A stretch of DNA of 64,000 nucleotides from Octopus vulgaris. Lineage: Eukaryota. The stretch spans positions 131,502,001-131,566,000 of the forward strand of contig OX597816.1 in assembly GCA_951406725.2 (NCBI GenBank), read 5' to 3'. How positions within the stretch are numbered: the first letter of the stretch is position 1; every line of letters begins with the position of its first letter. The position numbers and the translations under genes were made by a program. A model generated the notes under the pieces. That model saw nothing but the letters and a program-made list of their open reading frames with translations, did not search any database and had not been told where the DNA came from. Below, in pieces: positions 1-12,315 of the stretch.

Positions 1-1097
1 TGGAAGGATGAAAGGCAAAATTGGCCTTCACAAGAATTAAATAGTCAAGGCTGGCTTTCAGACAAGAACTTTGTGGGAGAGTACAGTCAAGTTACTTAAT
101 CCACAGTATATTACTGATAATATATATTTCATTGATCTCTGAAGAGTGAAAGGTAAAGTTAATCTTAGTTGGATTCTAACACAGAACATGTATGGCTGAA
201 ACTAAATATTCTGTCTATACACAGCCCTCAGATTACCTAGCATGTAATTTAAATTATTGTTATTTATTTTTTAATCATAATTTTTAAGCTTCTAAGAACA
301 AGATTAGAACTTCTGAAAACAAACCAAATACAAAGTTGCTACAGTTGTTTTGGGAGAAGAGAAAAAAAAACAAAAATCAGAAAAAAACAAAAAAATAATA
401 ATCTATCAAAGAAACAAATTTAATTTCTTCCAGTATTTTCTCAGGTTTCTGGTTGTTTCCATTTCTGTACATCTCCTCAATCCTCTTTTTAAACATCACC
501 AAACAATCTTGGCCAGAGTTCAAGTAGAAAACGGAGATGTGGTTTATTTATTGTTTATTTACATATTTTGCTAAACAAACATGCAGAGTGTGTGCTCTTG
601 TTCTTGGCTATAAAATGGTGCTGAGGAAGAGGAGGAGGAGGTAAAAGTTGAAAGAGAGAGAGAGAGAGATGAAGAGAGAGAAAAAAAGGGGAACATTGTT
701 TTGGAAACAACCTCTATGTGTGTCCGTTGCTGAAATATTCTGTTGTACATGGAGAAAATATGTCGTGTCATGAGATATTATATAATTTTAGATACTAGGA
801 ACATGTAGCATGAGATTAGTAGCAATATTAGTAGCAAAATGGTTATAAAACATGTAGAAAAGCAATACAATGCTTGTTCATAAGATAAGATTCATATTAA
901 GGTAAAAATGGTTTATTTTAATAACATACTTTTTATGAATATTTGTTTCTTTCCTTTAATTAAAAATTACTGCACAGAAATCCTTGTACTATTTTAATCT
1001 GTGTTTGTTAGAAATAACTGGTAATCTTTATAGAAAAAACCCCCCATTTTTTAAACTTTTCAAATTTGCCTTTTGCTTATTTGTTTCTTTCGGGATA

Positions 1098-1420
1098 TAT
1101 CAGTCCACTGTTGGATATACATCCCTATTTATGTCTCTTCTCTTCCTGTCCATCATCATCCTAGTCCAAACCAGTTTTGCACCTTCTGGCATTACCTTCA
1201 TGTATTCTTCAGTGTCATCTCACCATCTCCTTTCAGTCTTCTCCTTCTAAGTCCCTATCATGGAATCCATTCAGTGGTTCTTTTCATCCATCTATTGCCT
1301 TCTGTTCTTGCAAAATGATATGCCTACCTTCATTTGGTTCTTGCTATTTCTTCAAGTATATCTCTAATACCTGTCATGTTTATCTCCCTACATTTCTTTC
1401 AACATAATATTCAGTGTTCT
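1098..1420 (-). mobile_element. Decayed RTE-like LINE, C-terminal ORF end
   Basis: The minus strand translates to AYHFARTEGNRWMKRTTEWIP**GLRRRR and later GMYIQQWT. This matches the GH.AR..DNRW.K..TEW.P...R.RGRP and ..YVQQW C-terminus of RTE-clade ORFs. Confidence 0.7.
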
Positions 1421-1764
1421 CTTCTGGGTATGACTTCATCTTAGTGTCAGGGTCTAGAGTTGGAAAACCCTAGAGAAGAATGGAGTTATCTCTTAAGAAA
1501 ATGCTACTCCTAGGTCTGTTCTACCCTGGAATAATAGCACATGCTAGGGTTGCAGAGTAAATTGCATTACTAAATTGCCTTGGCCCAACATAGGTGCCCA
1601 GATTTCGTGGCATTGATTCAGTGGTATACCATACAGAAGATCGTGTAGCAACTGTCACAAATATTTGATGACAACTGCTGAAAGTTCTACAACAATATCA
1701 TAACCCTTTTACATACATAATCTACCATAAGGTCCAGTTCTTGTTGTAATGTAATGGTATATGT

Positions 1765-2119
1765 GTCTCAATGACCCTGAGAACTATGCCAGTAGAGGTA
1801 GGGTTTCCCATGCTGGACAAGTCAAAGGATAGAGGTCAGACTAATAATGACCATAAGAGGTAAAAATTGGTTTATGCAGGACCAACATCTCTAGCTGAGA
1901 AAAAGCAAAGTTACAGATGCAACGATGACAGTTTAAGCTAACAAGACTTGGAAAAGGTAAAAAACTTTCCCCAGGGAAACATATGATGCATTTCAGCAAA
2001 ATCCAAAAGGAAAAGCATGGATCCAACTGGAAAGAAGTAGAAAAGACAAACCCGAATCGAGAAAAGTGTAGAAAAGTCACTGATGGTCTCTATTTCACAG
2101 GAAGAGCCTAAGTAAGTAA
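1765..2119 (+). mobile_element. Bipartite RTE-derived non-autonomous element (5' UTR-like part joined to 3' end)
   Basis: atgaccctgagaactatgcc...tcccatgctggacaagtcaaagg resembles RTE 5' regions. It is followed within about 200 bp by an RTE-like 3' end finishing in a taagtaagtaa tail. A related copy lies at about 61940-62190. Confidence 0.5.
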
Positions 2120-2133
2120 AATCTTAAATATTT

Positions 2134-2691
2134 TGCAATGTTATTGCCAGTTTAAATATGCTTGTGGCACATTCAAACTCTTAAGCAGGCCATTCGCTGT
2201 GCTTTGTCACAGAGAAAATTTCTTGCTGTAGACAAATGGTGTAAATACACCTAAATCAACTCACAGCACCACCTATCCAGACTGTGAGATGCAAGCAGTT
2301 CAGAGTAGTTATCTCCTCTTCAGCCACAGAAACTAGAGCGGGGTGCTGCATTTATACACATCATTGCTCAGCACTCCCACCTCGTAATTTTTTTACGGTG
2401 AGCTGCCAATTAGTACTACCAACCATTGTACAATGACTGGAATAGCATAAGAGAGACAATCTCTCTTATCAGTTCACAGTGCACCCATCTGGTTTCTTTG
2501 ACTGAAGTGGAGATAACCACTCTGAAATGCTTGCATCTAACAGTCTGGATAGGTGGTACTGTGAGCTGATTTAGTCATATTTACACCATTTGCTTGCAGT
2601 AAGAAATTTTCTCCATGACAAAGTACAATGAATGGCTTGCTTATGAGTTCAAATGTGCTACTGGCATATTTGAACTGGCAATAACATTGCA
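2134..2691. repeat. Long inverted repeat (about 210-bp arms, about 130-bp spacer), foldback/MITE-like
   Basis: tgcaatgttattgccag (2134) is the reverse complement of ctggcaataacattgca (ending 2691). The arms align throughout, e.g. ccacctatccagactg vs cagtctggataggtgg. Confidence 0.85.
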
Positions 2692-2756
2692 TTTATACAC
2701 ATCATTGCTTAGCACTCCCATCCATAACTTACATACTCTGTATATAGCTTTAATAG

Positions 2757-3470
2757 TTTTGTGGTAAGAAGCTTACTTCCTAACCACTTGGTTCTGGGTT
2801 CAGTCCCATTGCATGACACCTTGGGCAAGTGTCTTCTACTATGGCCTCAGGCCGACTAACTTTCAAACAATTGAAGATAGCTGAATATGTTACCTGTCCT
2901 ATGACATGAATGTGTGTGTATGTGTGTGTGTGTGTGTTTGTGTTTGCATTTGTCTCCCTCACTGCTTGACAACCAGTGTTGGTTTGTTTATGTCCCTGTA
3001 CATAACAGTTCAGCAAAAGAAACTGATGGAATAAGTAAAAGGTAAAGACCCCCTTCAGCCATGAATGACCATGGAATTGCACCTAGAAAGTTCCCCTCCA
3101 AGGTACAAGCCTGGTCAAGGTTGTTTATGGAAAACCAGCATTTGTCCTGGCATGCCAGCTTCCCCTCTCCACTCCACCGATGTTATCCAAGGGAAAGGCA
3201 AAGGCTGATACAACTTGGCACCAATGATGTCACAACTCATTTCTACAGCTGAGTGAACTGGAGCAACATGAAATAAAGTGTCTTGCTCATAAACACAACA
3301 CACAGCCCTGTCCGGGAATTGAACTCACTATCACATGATTGTGAGCCCAATGCTCTAATCACTGAGCCATGTACCTTCACAAGTACCAGACTTAAAAATA
3401 AGTACTGGAGTCAATTTGTGCTCCAGTATGGCTGCAATCTAAAGACTGAAACAAAAAAAGGCCAAAAGAG
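2757..3470 (+). mobile_element. tRNA-derived SINE family A, interrupted by a nested SINE
   Basis: Head gtggtaagaagcttacttcc...gggttcagtccc (A/B box-like) and CORE-like ccttgggcaagtgtc. The 3' part resumes at 3381 and matches the copy at 31048-31455. Confidence 0.8.
3038..3380 (-). mobile_element. tRNA-derived SINE family D nested in family A
   Basis: The reverse strand reads tggctcagtgattagagc...gagttcaattcccgg (A and B boxes) and ends in a tttacctttt tail. It is flanked by a 5-bp duplication aagta (3033-3037 and 3381-3385). Confidence 0.8.
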
Positions 3471-3903
3471 ATTTGATGAAAAAAAAAAATACCCTTATCA
3501 TACCTTCACAAGGGTATACCTACAATTACAAACATATATCAGAGAATCTTCTTCAATGGTAAATTGTCAGACATCACAAAATGGATGTCACATAAAAAGA
3601 GTACCAACATAATCATGAGCAGATGTACAAGAAAAGATGGCTGCCACTGCTACCACCATCACCACCACCACCACCACCATCATCATTTCATGCCCACTTT
3701 TCCATGCTTACATGAATCAGATTTTCTACAGTTGGATGCCCTTCCTGTCACCAACCTTCATCTGTTTGCAAGCAAAGTAAATATTTCCGCATGGCTAAAA
3801 CATGATTTTCATGGAACATTGGAAACAAGCAACATTACTTGTATGATGGTATTGCACATTTATGACCATCACATAATGTCATGCACAGACAAACAGACAG
3901 ACA

Positions 3904-3956
<53 letters not shown>

Positions 3957-5192
3957 CACACACACACACACATACACACACAGATGGAAGTAACGATACT
4001 GTGCTCATTGCTGTGATGATTTTGGCCAATCAACTTGAAAAACTTGTAAAGAATTCTTTTGGAAAGAAAATATCAATCAAAGAAATAAAGCAAAACAAAA
4101 CAAAATCCATTAAATGTAAAGAGGTTTAAAGATAGAAGTAGCAAGAATTTGAGATTTGGGTACAACAGAAGTATTAACCAGTGGAATAGGAGCAATGGGA
4201 GCGATAAAAATAGCGAAAAATGATAAAAGAAGCAATTTACCAAGGTACTGTAAAAAATAATTATTATCCTGAGAAGCAACTCATATCCTTAGAAATATTA
4301 TATATCTGTAGGAAAATAACTTGGTAAGCATCATGTTGCTTTGTACACACATACACATACACAAGAGTGTACAGAGGCACACACAGAGAGGCACATGCAG
4401 AAAAACACATAATTACATAGCTATATGTTATGGAAACTTAGCCAATGCCCATGATTGATCATAGCAATCTTGTATGGAATGAAAAAAGAACACACTAATA
4501 CACATATACAAATAATTAGTTAGACACAGACACACAAATACACACACACACACACACACGCACACTGGAAGGTAATAATGGAAGTGTTATTGTACTTGGG
4601 TTGATTTCATCTTTCATCTGCAGAATATTTATAAAATATGTACTATGGATATACTAGATTTCTACCAATCAGTTTTGATAGTTAAATACAAATATGTATT
4701 TATACAGACATACACATGTGTAAATATGCAAGTACGCAGACATTCATTTACACATATACTCCTACGTGCATGCACACAATTAAAAACTCCTGGTAGATAT
4801 CAATAAATCACTCAGTATTAAAAGAATTTGGTTATAAATGTTCAGCAGTCAGATGCCAGTGAATGTAAGTAGAATACCTATCCCAGGTAAATCCTCACGC
4901 ATGAAGGGTAAATCCAAATATCCTTTTGCAGAATAGGTACAGAAAAAATTATATCTTTATTATAGATCTCACCCTATAAAGCACTTCATTTCATGGTGCT
5001 TTGCAATCATTTTGTCATCTGACATGTGGCACCCGAGGTACCTGTACAGGTAATGTTGATTTGATGGAGGGAGTGAGCTTATGTGTACACAAACATTTGA
5101 TCACTATAAACAAATCAACTGTGTGGTTTTTCGATAAGAAATTGTCAAACCCTCATCTGTTGTCTAATGACGGGAAAGTTCATTATTTTTAT

Positions 5193-5224
<32 letters not shown>

Positions 5225-5753
5225 TACACATACGTATATATATATAGAGAAAATAGTTAAATTGATATTAATATCCTTGAAAATATATGTTAACACAACT
5301 TTATCAAGGTCGTCCAAAATTAGTGAAATTCAAATTGAACATCTGAAAAATTATCAGTTTATAAATGCTAACAAAAGGAACACCTAAAACAAATTCAGCC
5401 TAAGACATTCCTTCATTTAACTAATGGTGATGTAATTGGATAACGTAAATGTCTTATAAAAATAAAATAAACATATTTAAGAAAAATCATTTTGTATTCA
5501 ACTACTGGTGACATCAATAAAAATAATAAAAATACATTTGGGTACATAATATTGACAAGTCACAAAGATGACAAAACATTAATGTCTACCACTCCTGGAA
5601 TCGGACCTAGCATGTGTTATCTCACTTGTCAGTGGCTTCTAGGTGTTTTTACACTTATTGACAATAAAATTTTCTGCATTTATACACAGCCTGCCCATTA
5701 ACTGGCAATATACATGCCTTGTGTATGTGTGTTGTTTATATATATATACACAT

Positions 5754-5754
<1 letters not shown>

Positions 5755-5794
<40 letters not shown>

Positions 5795-6285
5795 TGTTTA
5801 ACATCCATTTTCCATGCCGGCATGGGTTGGACGGCTTAACTGAGGACTGGCAAGCCATGAGGCCTCACCAGGCTCTAATCTGATCTGGCAATGTTTCTGC
5901 AGCTGGATGCCCTGACGCCAACCACTCCAAGAGTGTAATGAGTGCTTTTTATGTGCCACCAGCATGGGAACCAGTCTGGTAACACTGGTATCGGCCATGT
6001 TTGGATGGTGCTTTTTATGTGTTACTGGCACAGGAGCCAGTTGAGGTGGGGGTGGGGGCTGGCATCATCCACTTGTGGATGGTGCTTTTTATGTGTCACC
6101 GGCATGGGGAGTGAGTTAGGCAGCACTGGCAACGACCTACACATGAATGGTGCTTATTGCGTGCCACCAGCATGAGAGCCAGTCAGGTGGAATTGGCATC
6201 GGCCACAATTACAATTTCCATTTGATTGTGATTAGATTTTTGATTTTGATTTTGATTTTACTTGACTCAATAGGTCTCCTCAAGC
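5755..6285 (-). mobile_element. Family C repeat (RTE 3' UTR/tail-derived, (GAT)n tail) with internal ~60-70 bp repeats
   Basis: (cat)n followed by gtttaacatccattttccatgccggcatgggttggacgg. This is the reverse complement of the 3' end of the RTE LINE at 7195-8117. The unit ggatggtgctttttatgtg recurs inside. Confidence 0.8.
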
Positions 6286-6879
6286 ACACTGCTATGTATA
6301 TATATATATATATATATATGAATAACTGACTCTTGCATCAAAGATGACATATAAGTGTTCAGTGAGAAGACGGTGAAAACAATCCACCCAAATAGACAAT
6401 CAACACCACTCATATTACTATCACTACTATTCATCAATGTTTACAATTCATTCACTTCACCTGGCGACTCCTTATGTGAGCCCTCAGGTCACCAAAAGCA
6501 ATTTGGATATGAGCATGAGCATAACTTATAAAAGTCATACCTACTTACCTACCTACATACATACATATATGGCAAGAAGAAAATGGAGGGAATCCAGAGG
6601 TAGTATGTATCAGCCATTAGACATAATATTATGTCTATTTATTTATTTTAAACAGTTCTGTGAATATATATACATGTGTATATACATTTTCTTCTTGCCA
6701 TATAAATTAAGGGTAAAACCACTTGTTACCTTCGCCCATTTATTACGCTCAGTAGTGCAATTGGCACTCAATAACCAACACTGGTGTATTAATAATTGGG
6801 TATTCTACCAGCAGTATATTGGAAAGATATTATCCCTTAGTTGGTTGGATTCACAACCTCCAACTCTCTTTGAATTATA

Positions 6880-7175
6880 TCTTTATATATAAAAGAGAAG
6901 TTGTGTGTCTGTCTCCTACGATTTAGATTCCTAACTACTCCCACATTTTGCGGTGCAGTTTAACCAAAACCGGGTATCTTATAGTCGTCATTCATATCGA
7001 GCCCTTCTGGGTATTAGCACGTGTCTACGATGAGTCTACGATTTAAAAAAAATTTACCATAATTTTTTTTCCATTTTTAATGCATTTTTTTGCTATTTTT
7101 TGGCTATAACTCTCTAAAAATGCTTATATAATTATTTACCTTACAAACCCAAGCAACGCCGGGCTATACTGCTAG
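6880..7175 (+). mobile_element. Non-autonomous Helitron
   Basis: Starts A|TC (tctttatatataaaa) and ends CTAG|T. A subterminal GC-rich hairpin cccaagcaacgccggg lies just before the end. No target duplication. Confidence 0.85.
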
Positions 7176-7194
7176 TATATATATATATATATGG

Positions 7195-8117
7195 CCTGAG
7201 ACTATAGTTGTGAGAATAAGATTAGGCTGGTCAAAGTTCAGAGAGCTCCTACCTCTGCTCTCAGAGTGAAAGGCATATTGTATGATGCCTGTGTGCAAAA
7301 AGCTATGCTACATGGCAGTGAAACATGGGCTGTGACAGCTGAGGACATGTGTAGGCTTGAAAGAAATGAAGCTAGTATGCTTTGCTGGATGTGCAATGTC
7401 AGTGTGCATGTTCGATAGTGTAAGCATCTTGAGAGAAAAGTTGGGCATAAGAGGCATCAGATGTGGTGTGCAAGAGAGATGACTGCACTGGTATGGTCAT
7501 GTGAGGCATATGGATGAGGACAGTTGTGTAAAGAAGTGCCAATCTCTAACTGTGGAGGGAACCTGTAAAAGAGGTAGACGCAGGAAGACATAGGATGAGG
7601 TGGTGAATCATGAGCTTTGAAATTTGGGCCCCCTAGAGGCAATGACTAGTGACCAAGACCTTTGGTGATATGCTGTGCTCGAGAAGACCCATCAAGCCAA
7701 ATGAAATTGAAGTCGTGGCTGATGCTGGTGTCATGTAACTGGTATCTGTGCTGGTGGCATGTAAAAAGCACCTTTTGAGCATTGGGTCTCATGGAGGCAA
7801 AGCGGCTGAGCTCCTTTTGAGTGTTGTGCAATGATTGAGGCCTTTGGCATAATGTTGTGCTTGAGAAGACCATTCAAGCCAAGTAAAATTACGGTTGTGA
7901 CAGATAATAATGTCATGCAAATGGCACCCATGCTGGTGGCATGTAAAAGCACGCATTACATTCTGTTAAGCGGTTGGCATTAGGAAGGACATCCAACCAT
8001 AGAATCCATGCCAAATCAGGCAGGGGTCTGGTGCAGCCTTCTAGCTTGCCAGCTCTGATCAAACTATCCAACCCATGTCAGCATAGACAACAGACGTTAA
8101 ATGATGATGATGATGAT
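7195..8117 (+). mobile_element. 5'-truncated RTE-clade LINE (ORF C-terminus plus 3' UTR, (GAT)n tail)
   Basis: Translates to RLGWSKFRELLPLL..RVKGILYDACVQKAMLHGSETWAVTAEDMCRLERNEASML and LHWYGHV...VEGTCKRGRRRKT, with stops and frameshifts. Ends gacgttaaatgatgatgat. Confidence 0.9.
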
Positions 8118-8184
8118 ATTTTGAAACAAAGAACCTTATCCTGAACTTAAAAGAGAACATTCTAGACACTGGATGTTTTAAACA

Positions 8185-8195
8185 CTAAATCATCA

Positions 8196-8234
<39 letters not shown>

Positions 8235-8311
8235 TCGTCGTCATCGTCTTCACCACCACCACCACCACCACCACCGCCACCACCACCACCGCCACCGCCA
8301 CCACCACCACC

Positions 8312-8376
<65 letters not shown>
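8185..8376. repeat. Compound (CGT)n(CAC)n(CAT)n microsatellite, tail of a minus-strand family C copy (8375-8600)
   Basis: Directly visible in the sequence. Confidence 0.9.
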
Positions 8377-9057
8377 TATTTAGCATCCATTTTTCATGCT
8401 GGTACAGGTTAGACAGTTTGACTGATATTGGTAAGCCAGAGAGCTGCATCAGACTTCAGTCTGTTTTGGCTTGGTTTCTATGCTGGATGCCCTACTTAAT
8501 GCCAACCACGCCATAGAGTGTACTGGGTGTCTTTTGCATGTCACCTACGTGGGTGCTACTTACATGTCTCTGGCATGGGCACCTTTTATGTCACCAAAAA
8601 TGCTTACCATTGCATTCATTATCTTTGTACAGAATTTGAGAAATGTTTGAATGAAGAGGGTTATGGAGTGCCCTAATTTGGAATACACACTCTAGCCCCA
8701 AATGGCTAAGATGTGTATTCCATGCTGTAATCACATTAATTACAATTTGTTTTAATTATCATGTTTTATGGCAGTTTTTCTACTTATTTCTATGCTCTAT
8801 GCAAGTATGTGTTTGTATATGTTTATATATGTAGATATATGTGTATGTGAATGTGTATATATATATATAGATATATATGTATATATATCTATATATATAT
8901 GTACTCACATAATATATATGTGCTCACACATGTATTTGTAAATGTGTCTTTTACACCTGGCAGCTTTGAAAGCCCCAACTAAAAGTTCTGTATTTTTGTA
9001 CCTTTTTAGGCCTTTGTGGTTATTATTATCATTATTTCTATTATTAATACAGCAAGT

Positions 9058-10003
9058 AAGGTGACGAGTTGGCAGAATTGTTAGCATGCTGGATGAAATG
9101 CTTACTGGTATTTCACATATCGCTATGTTTTGAGTTCAAATTCTGCCAGAGTCAACTTTCATCCTTTTGGGATCGATGAAATAAGTACCAGTGAAACACT
9201 GGGGTCAATATAATTGATTAGTCCCCACCTCAAAATTTCAGGCCTTGTGCCTGTTGTAGAAAAGATTATTAATACAGCAAGCTGGAAGAATTGCTAGCAT
9301 GCCAAGCTGTCCTTATTTTCTGAGTTCAAATGCTGTTGAGATCAACCTTGCCTTTCATCCTTTTGGGTTTGATGAAATAAATACCAGTTGCACATGGGGG
9401 GAGAGAGCAGTGCTCTTTTGACCCTGATCTTTTGGCTTTGTGCCAAAATTTAAAATCAATTATTATTATTACTATTATTATTATAATCAGGCAGTAACTG
9501 AGCTCAAATTCTGCTGATGTCGACTTTGGCTCTCATTCTTTCAGGGTTGATAAGTACCAGTTACACACTGGGGTTGATGTAATCAACTTAACCCCCTCCA
9601 CTAAAATTGACAGCCATAAATGGGTTCTCCTGCTTGTGTGCCATGGTGCAGAGTCCTGTTGCCAGACATAGGGTCTTCTAGCAGCTACCCTCTTGACCCA
9701 GGGCAGCATTACCTCCTCTTTCAGGGTTGATAAGTACCAGTTACACACTGGGGTTGATGTAATCAACTTAACCCCCTCCACTACTATAGTAGAAAGGATT
9801 ATTATTAATATTATTAATAATGCAGCAATCTGGCTGAATTCCAGGCAAAATGCTAAGTGGCGTTTCCTCCATCAGATTCCACTGAGGTCGACTTTGCCTT
9901 TCAGCCTTTTGAGCTCAATAAAATAAGTAACAGTTGAACACTTGACTTAGCCCCTCCTCAAACCTGATGATCTTGTGCCGAATTTGAAACCATTGTTATT
10001 ATT
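9058..10003 (+). mobile_element. Head-to-tail array of four SINE family B copies
   Basis: The unit gagttggcagaattgttagcat...tgagttcaaattctgc...gtcaactttgcctttcatcc...aagtaccagt recurs at about 9058, 9275, 9490 and 9820. Each copy ends in a short (ATT)n run. Confidence 0.85.
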
Positions 10004-10004
10004 A

Positions 10005-10745
10005 TACAGGCATGGATGTGCTGTCAGGCTTACCCAAGGTGCACGCAAAGTAACGAAACCCTTCTGCATGCCCTTGTTCAGTGTCCAGGCATTGCTGACT
10101 TGTGGGGTTATGTTGAACAGCTGCTGTCATGTGTGGAACGGATCCATCTGTTAGCTGAGTCTGTAGTGATGATTTCCCTGCCACCCTCCTTCAATCGGGC
10201 AAGCAAAACAGTTTTCCATTGCCTGGTAGCTGTGGTGAAAGAGGTTGTTTGGTGGACAAGGCTGAGAGGCATGATGACAGATACATTCCTCTTTGGTAGA
10301 GCTCTCACTGACTTCTTCAAGTTTCACTTGAAAAAGAAACTGAGAGTGGAGAGGGAAGTGCTGTTCTCGAGTGAGTCTATTGAAAGGTGGATGAAAGTTG
10401 TGAAAACGACAAGAGTGGATGGTACCTCTTTAAGTGCAGACCTGTGAGTCAGAGAGAAGGGATTGAAGAGGGCACTTGCTCTTGGGGTTTCTGGGAAATT
10501 TTGGACAGTAGGGTTCCTCAATTATCCCTAGGGACCTTCCTGTATCAAGAAGGCCACATCTCTATCATCCTCCCCACCATTTCTTTTTAAAACCTTTGTA
10601 TGCTATGCATATATCCCTTTTTTAGTGTATACTATGTATACTTACTTTTTTTTTTTATCATTTCATTGTATGTAAGCCCCCACACTTTATGTCTGTCATT
10701 GTATTGTTCCCCTCATCATTCACCCTTGTGGCAAATAAATGAAAT
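10005..10745 (+). mobile_element. Tx1/L1-group LINE 3' end (zinc-knuckle C-terminus plus 3' UTR)
   Basis: ORF 10016-10447 contains YPRC..SNETLLHALVQCP...LW..V, the CxxC-E-H-C zf-RVT motif of L1/Tx1 ORF2. The 3' end ccttgtggcaaataaatgaa is followed by (ATT)n. Confidence 0.8.
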
Positions 10746-10756
10746 TATTATTATTA

Positions 10757-10812
<56 letters not shown>

Positions 10813-11394
10813 GTTATTCATTTCAGTTTTTTGTTTGTATTCATCATTTGCCATGTCATCATCCAGGCACAGAGGCCAAGTGAAGTTATGACAAGAATGT
10901 TACAGATTATACTTACAAGAAACAAGTAGACAAAATAAAAATAAAGCCTTAAGAAAGTACATGCAATAATAGACAATGTTTGGATCAAGTAATCATGCAG
11001 ACAAAGCTTTATAATGCTGATAAGATCGTTTATATTTCAGGCAGCCTGAACTAGTGTTTTTTTGTTGATTAGTTACAGGTCAGCACTTGATTGGATAAGC
11101 TCTGTGATAAAAAAAAATCCATTTATCTCTTTAGCTTCCAGATTATTCTATAAGTATAACAGTTATTTATCCACATTGTTTTGAACTTATCCTGCATTAT
11201 CTTGTAGCTTTGAGATTTCGATTGTTTGTATATCTTTTTAGACTAACATTGTAGGGATCTGGTCAGTTTGAGCATAAAACAGGAAGAATATTTTGGCTGG
11301 ATATGGCTGGAGTAAATAGTAAAGAGTTATACTATATTTTCACAAATAATGTATCTAGGGTGATATCATTTAGTGTATGTTTTTTTAAAGACAG

Positions 11395-11570
11395 TAAATA
11401 GGTGCTGAAAAGTTTGGGTAAAAAATGAAAATACAAGAGAATCAGTTAATTATGATTTTATTCAATGTATTCATCTCTCAGATTCACACACTTATTGCAA
11501 CAGTCCTTCAGATTTTCTAAGCCTTTTCATGACATCCTTAAAGTCAGGAACTTTTCAACACATGCCTCAT
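11395..11570. mobile_element. Short mariner-type MITE remnant
   Basis: gtgctgaaaagtt at the left end and aacttttcaacac...cctcata at the right end form imperfect inverted termini. Confidence 0.45.
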
Positions 11571-12038
11571 AGTGATCTGAGGGAGACTTAGCTTCTGTTT
11601 CTAGCAGATTTGCTGACCACTTAGATGCTCTATCATTAGCTTATGAGTCACCCTGTAGTTTTCAATTCTCATTTTCTTAATTAATCCAAATGTGCCAGTT
11701 GTTGATGGAATTATTATTACTTTCAGATGTTGTGGTTATGATGTTTTAAGTCATTATCCTTGGCTAATTAGCAAAACTTCATAAAGGATGGTCTGAAGGG
11801 ATGGTCATATTTACTACAACAGCTTGTCCTATCTTTTTTGATTTGCTTTAATCAGACAGCTAGCATACACTATTGGATTGCTAGAATTGTGAGAATATCA
11901 GAAAATATGTCTCCCTGTATTCACTCCAGCTGAGATCAACTTTGTCTTTCAATAAGATTAATAAAATAAAGAACTGGAGTCGATGGTATTGACTAACCAT
12001 TCCCTTCAGATTACTAAAATTGTTCCTAAATTAGAAAC

Positions 12039-12099
<61 letters not shown>

Positions 12100-12104
12100 T
12101 CTAA

Positions 12105-12315
12105 GATGGCAAGCAGGCAGAATCACACATCATACCAGGCAAATTGCTTTACATCATTTTGTCTGTCTTTGTGTTCTGAGTTCAAATTCCACTGAGGTTG
12201 ATGTTGCCTTTTATCCTCTCGGGATTGATAACATAAGCACCAGTTGAGTACTGGGGTCAATGTGATTGACTTATCTCCTCTCTGAAAATTGCTGACCATG
12301 TGCCAAAATTTGAAA
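12105..12315 (+). mobile_element. SINE family B
   Basis: tctgagttcaaattccactgaggttgatgttgccttttatcctctcggg...accagttgagtactggggtcaat. Confidence 0.8.

Noticed and set aside
380-545. Open minus-strand frame (VFYLNSGQDCLVMFKKRIEEMY...)
   Set aside because: No usable splice acceptor or start, and no recognisable motif.
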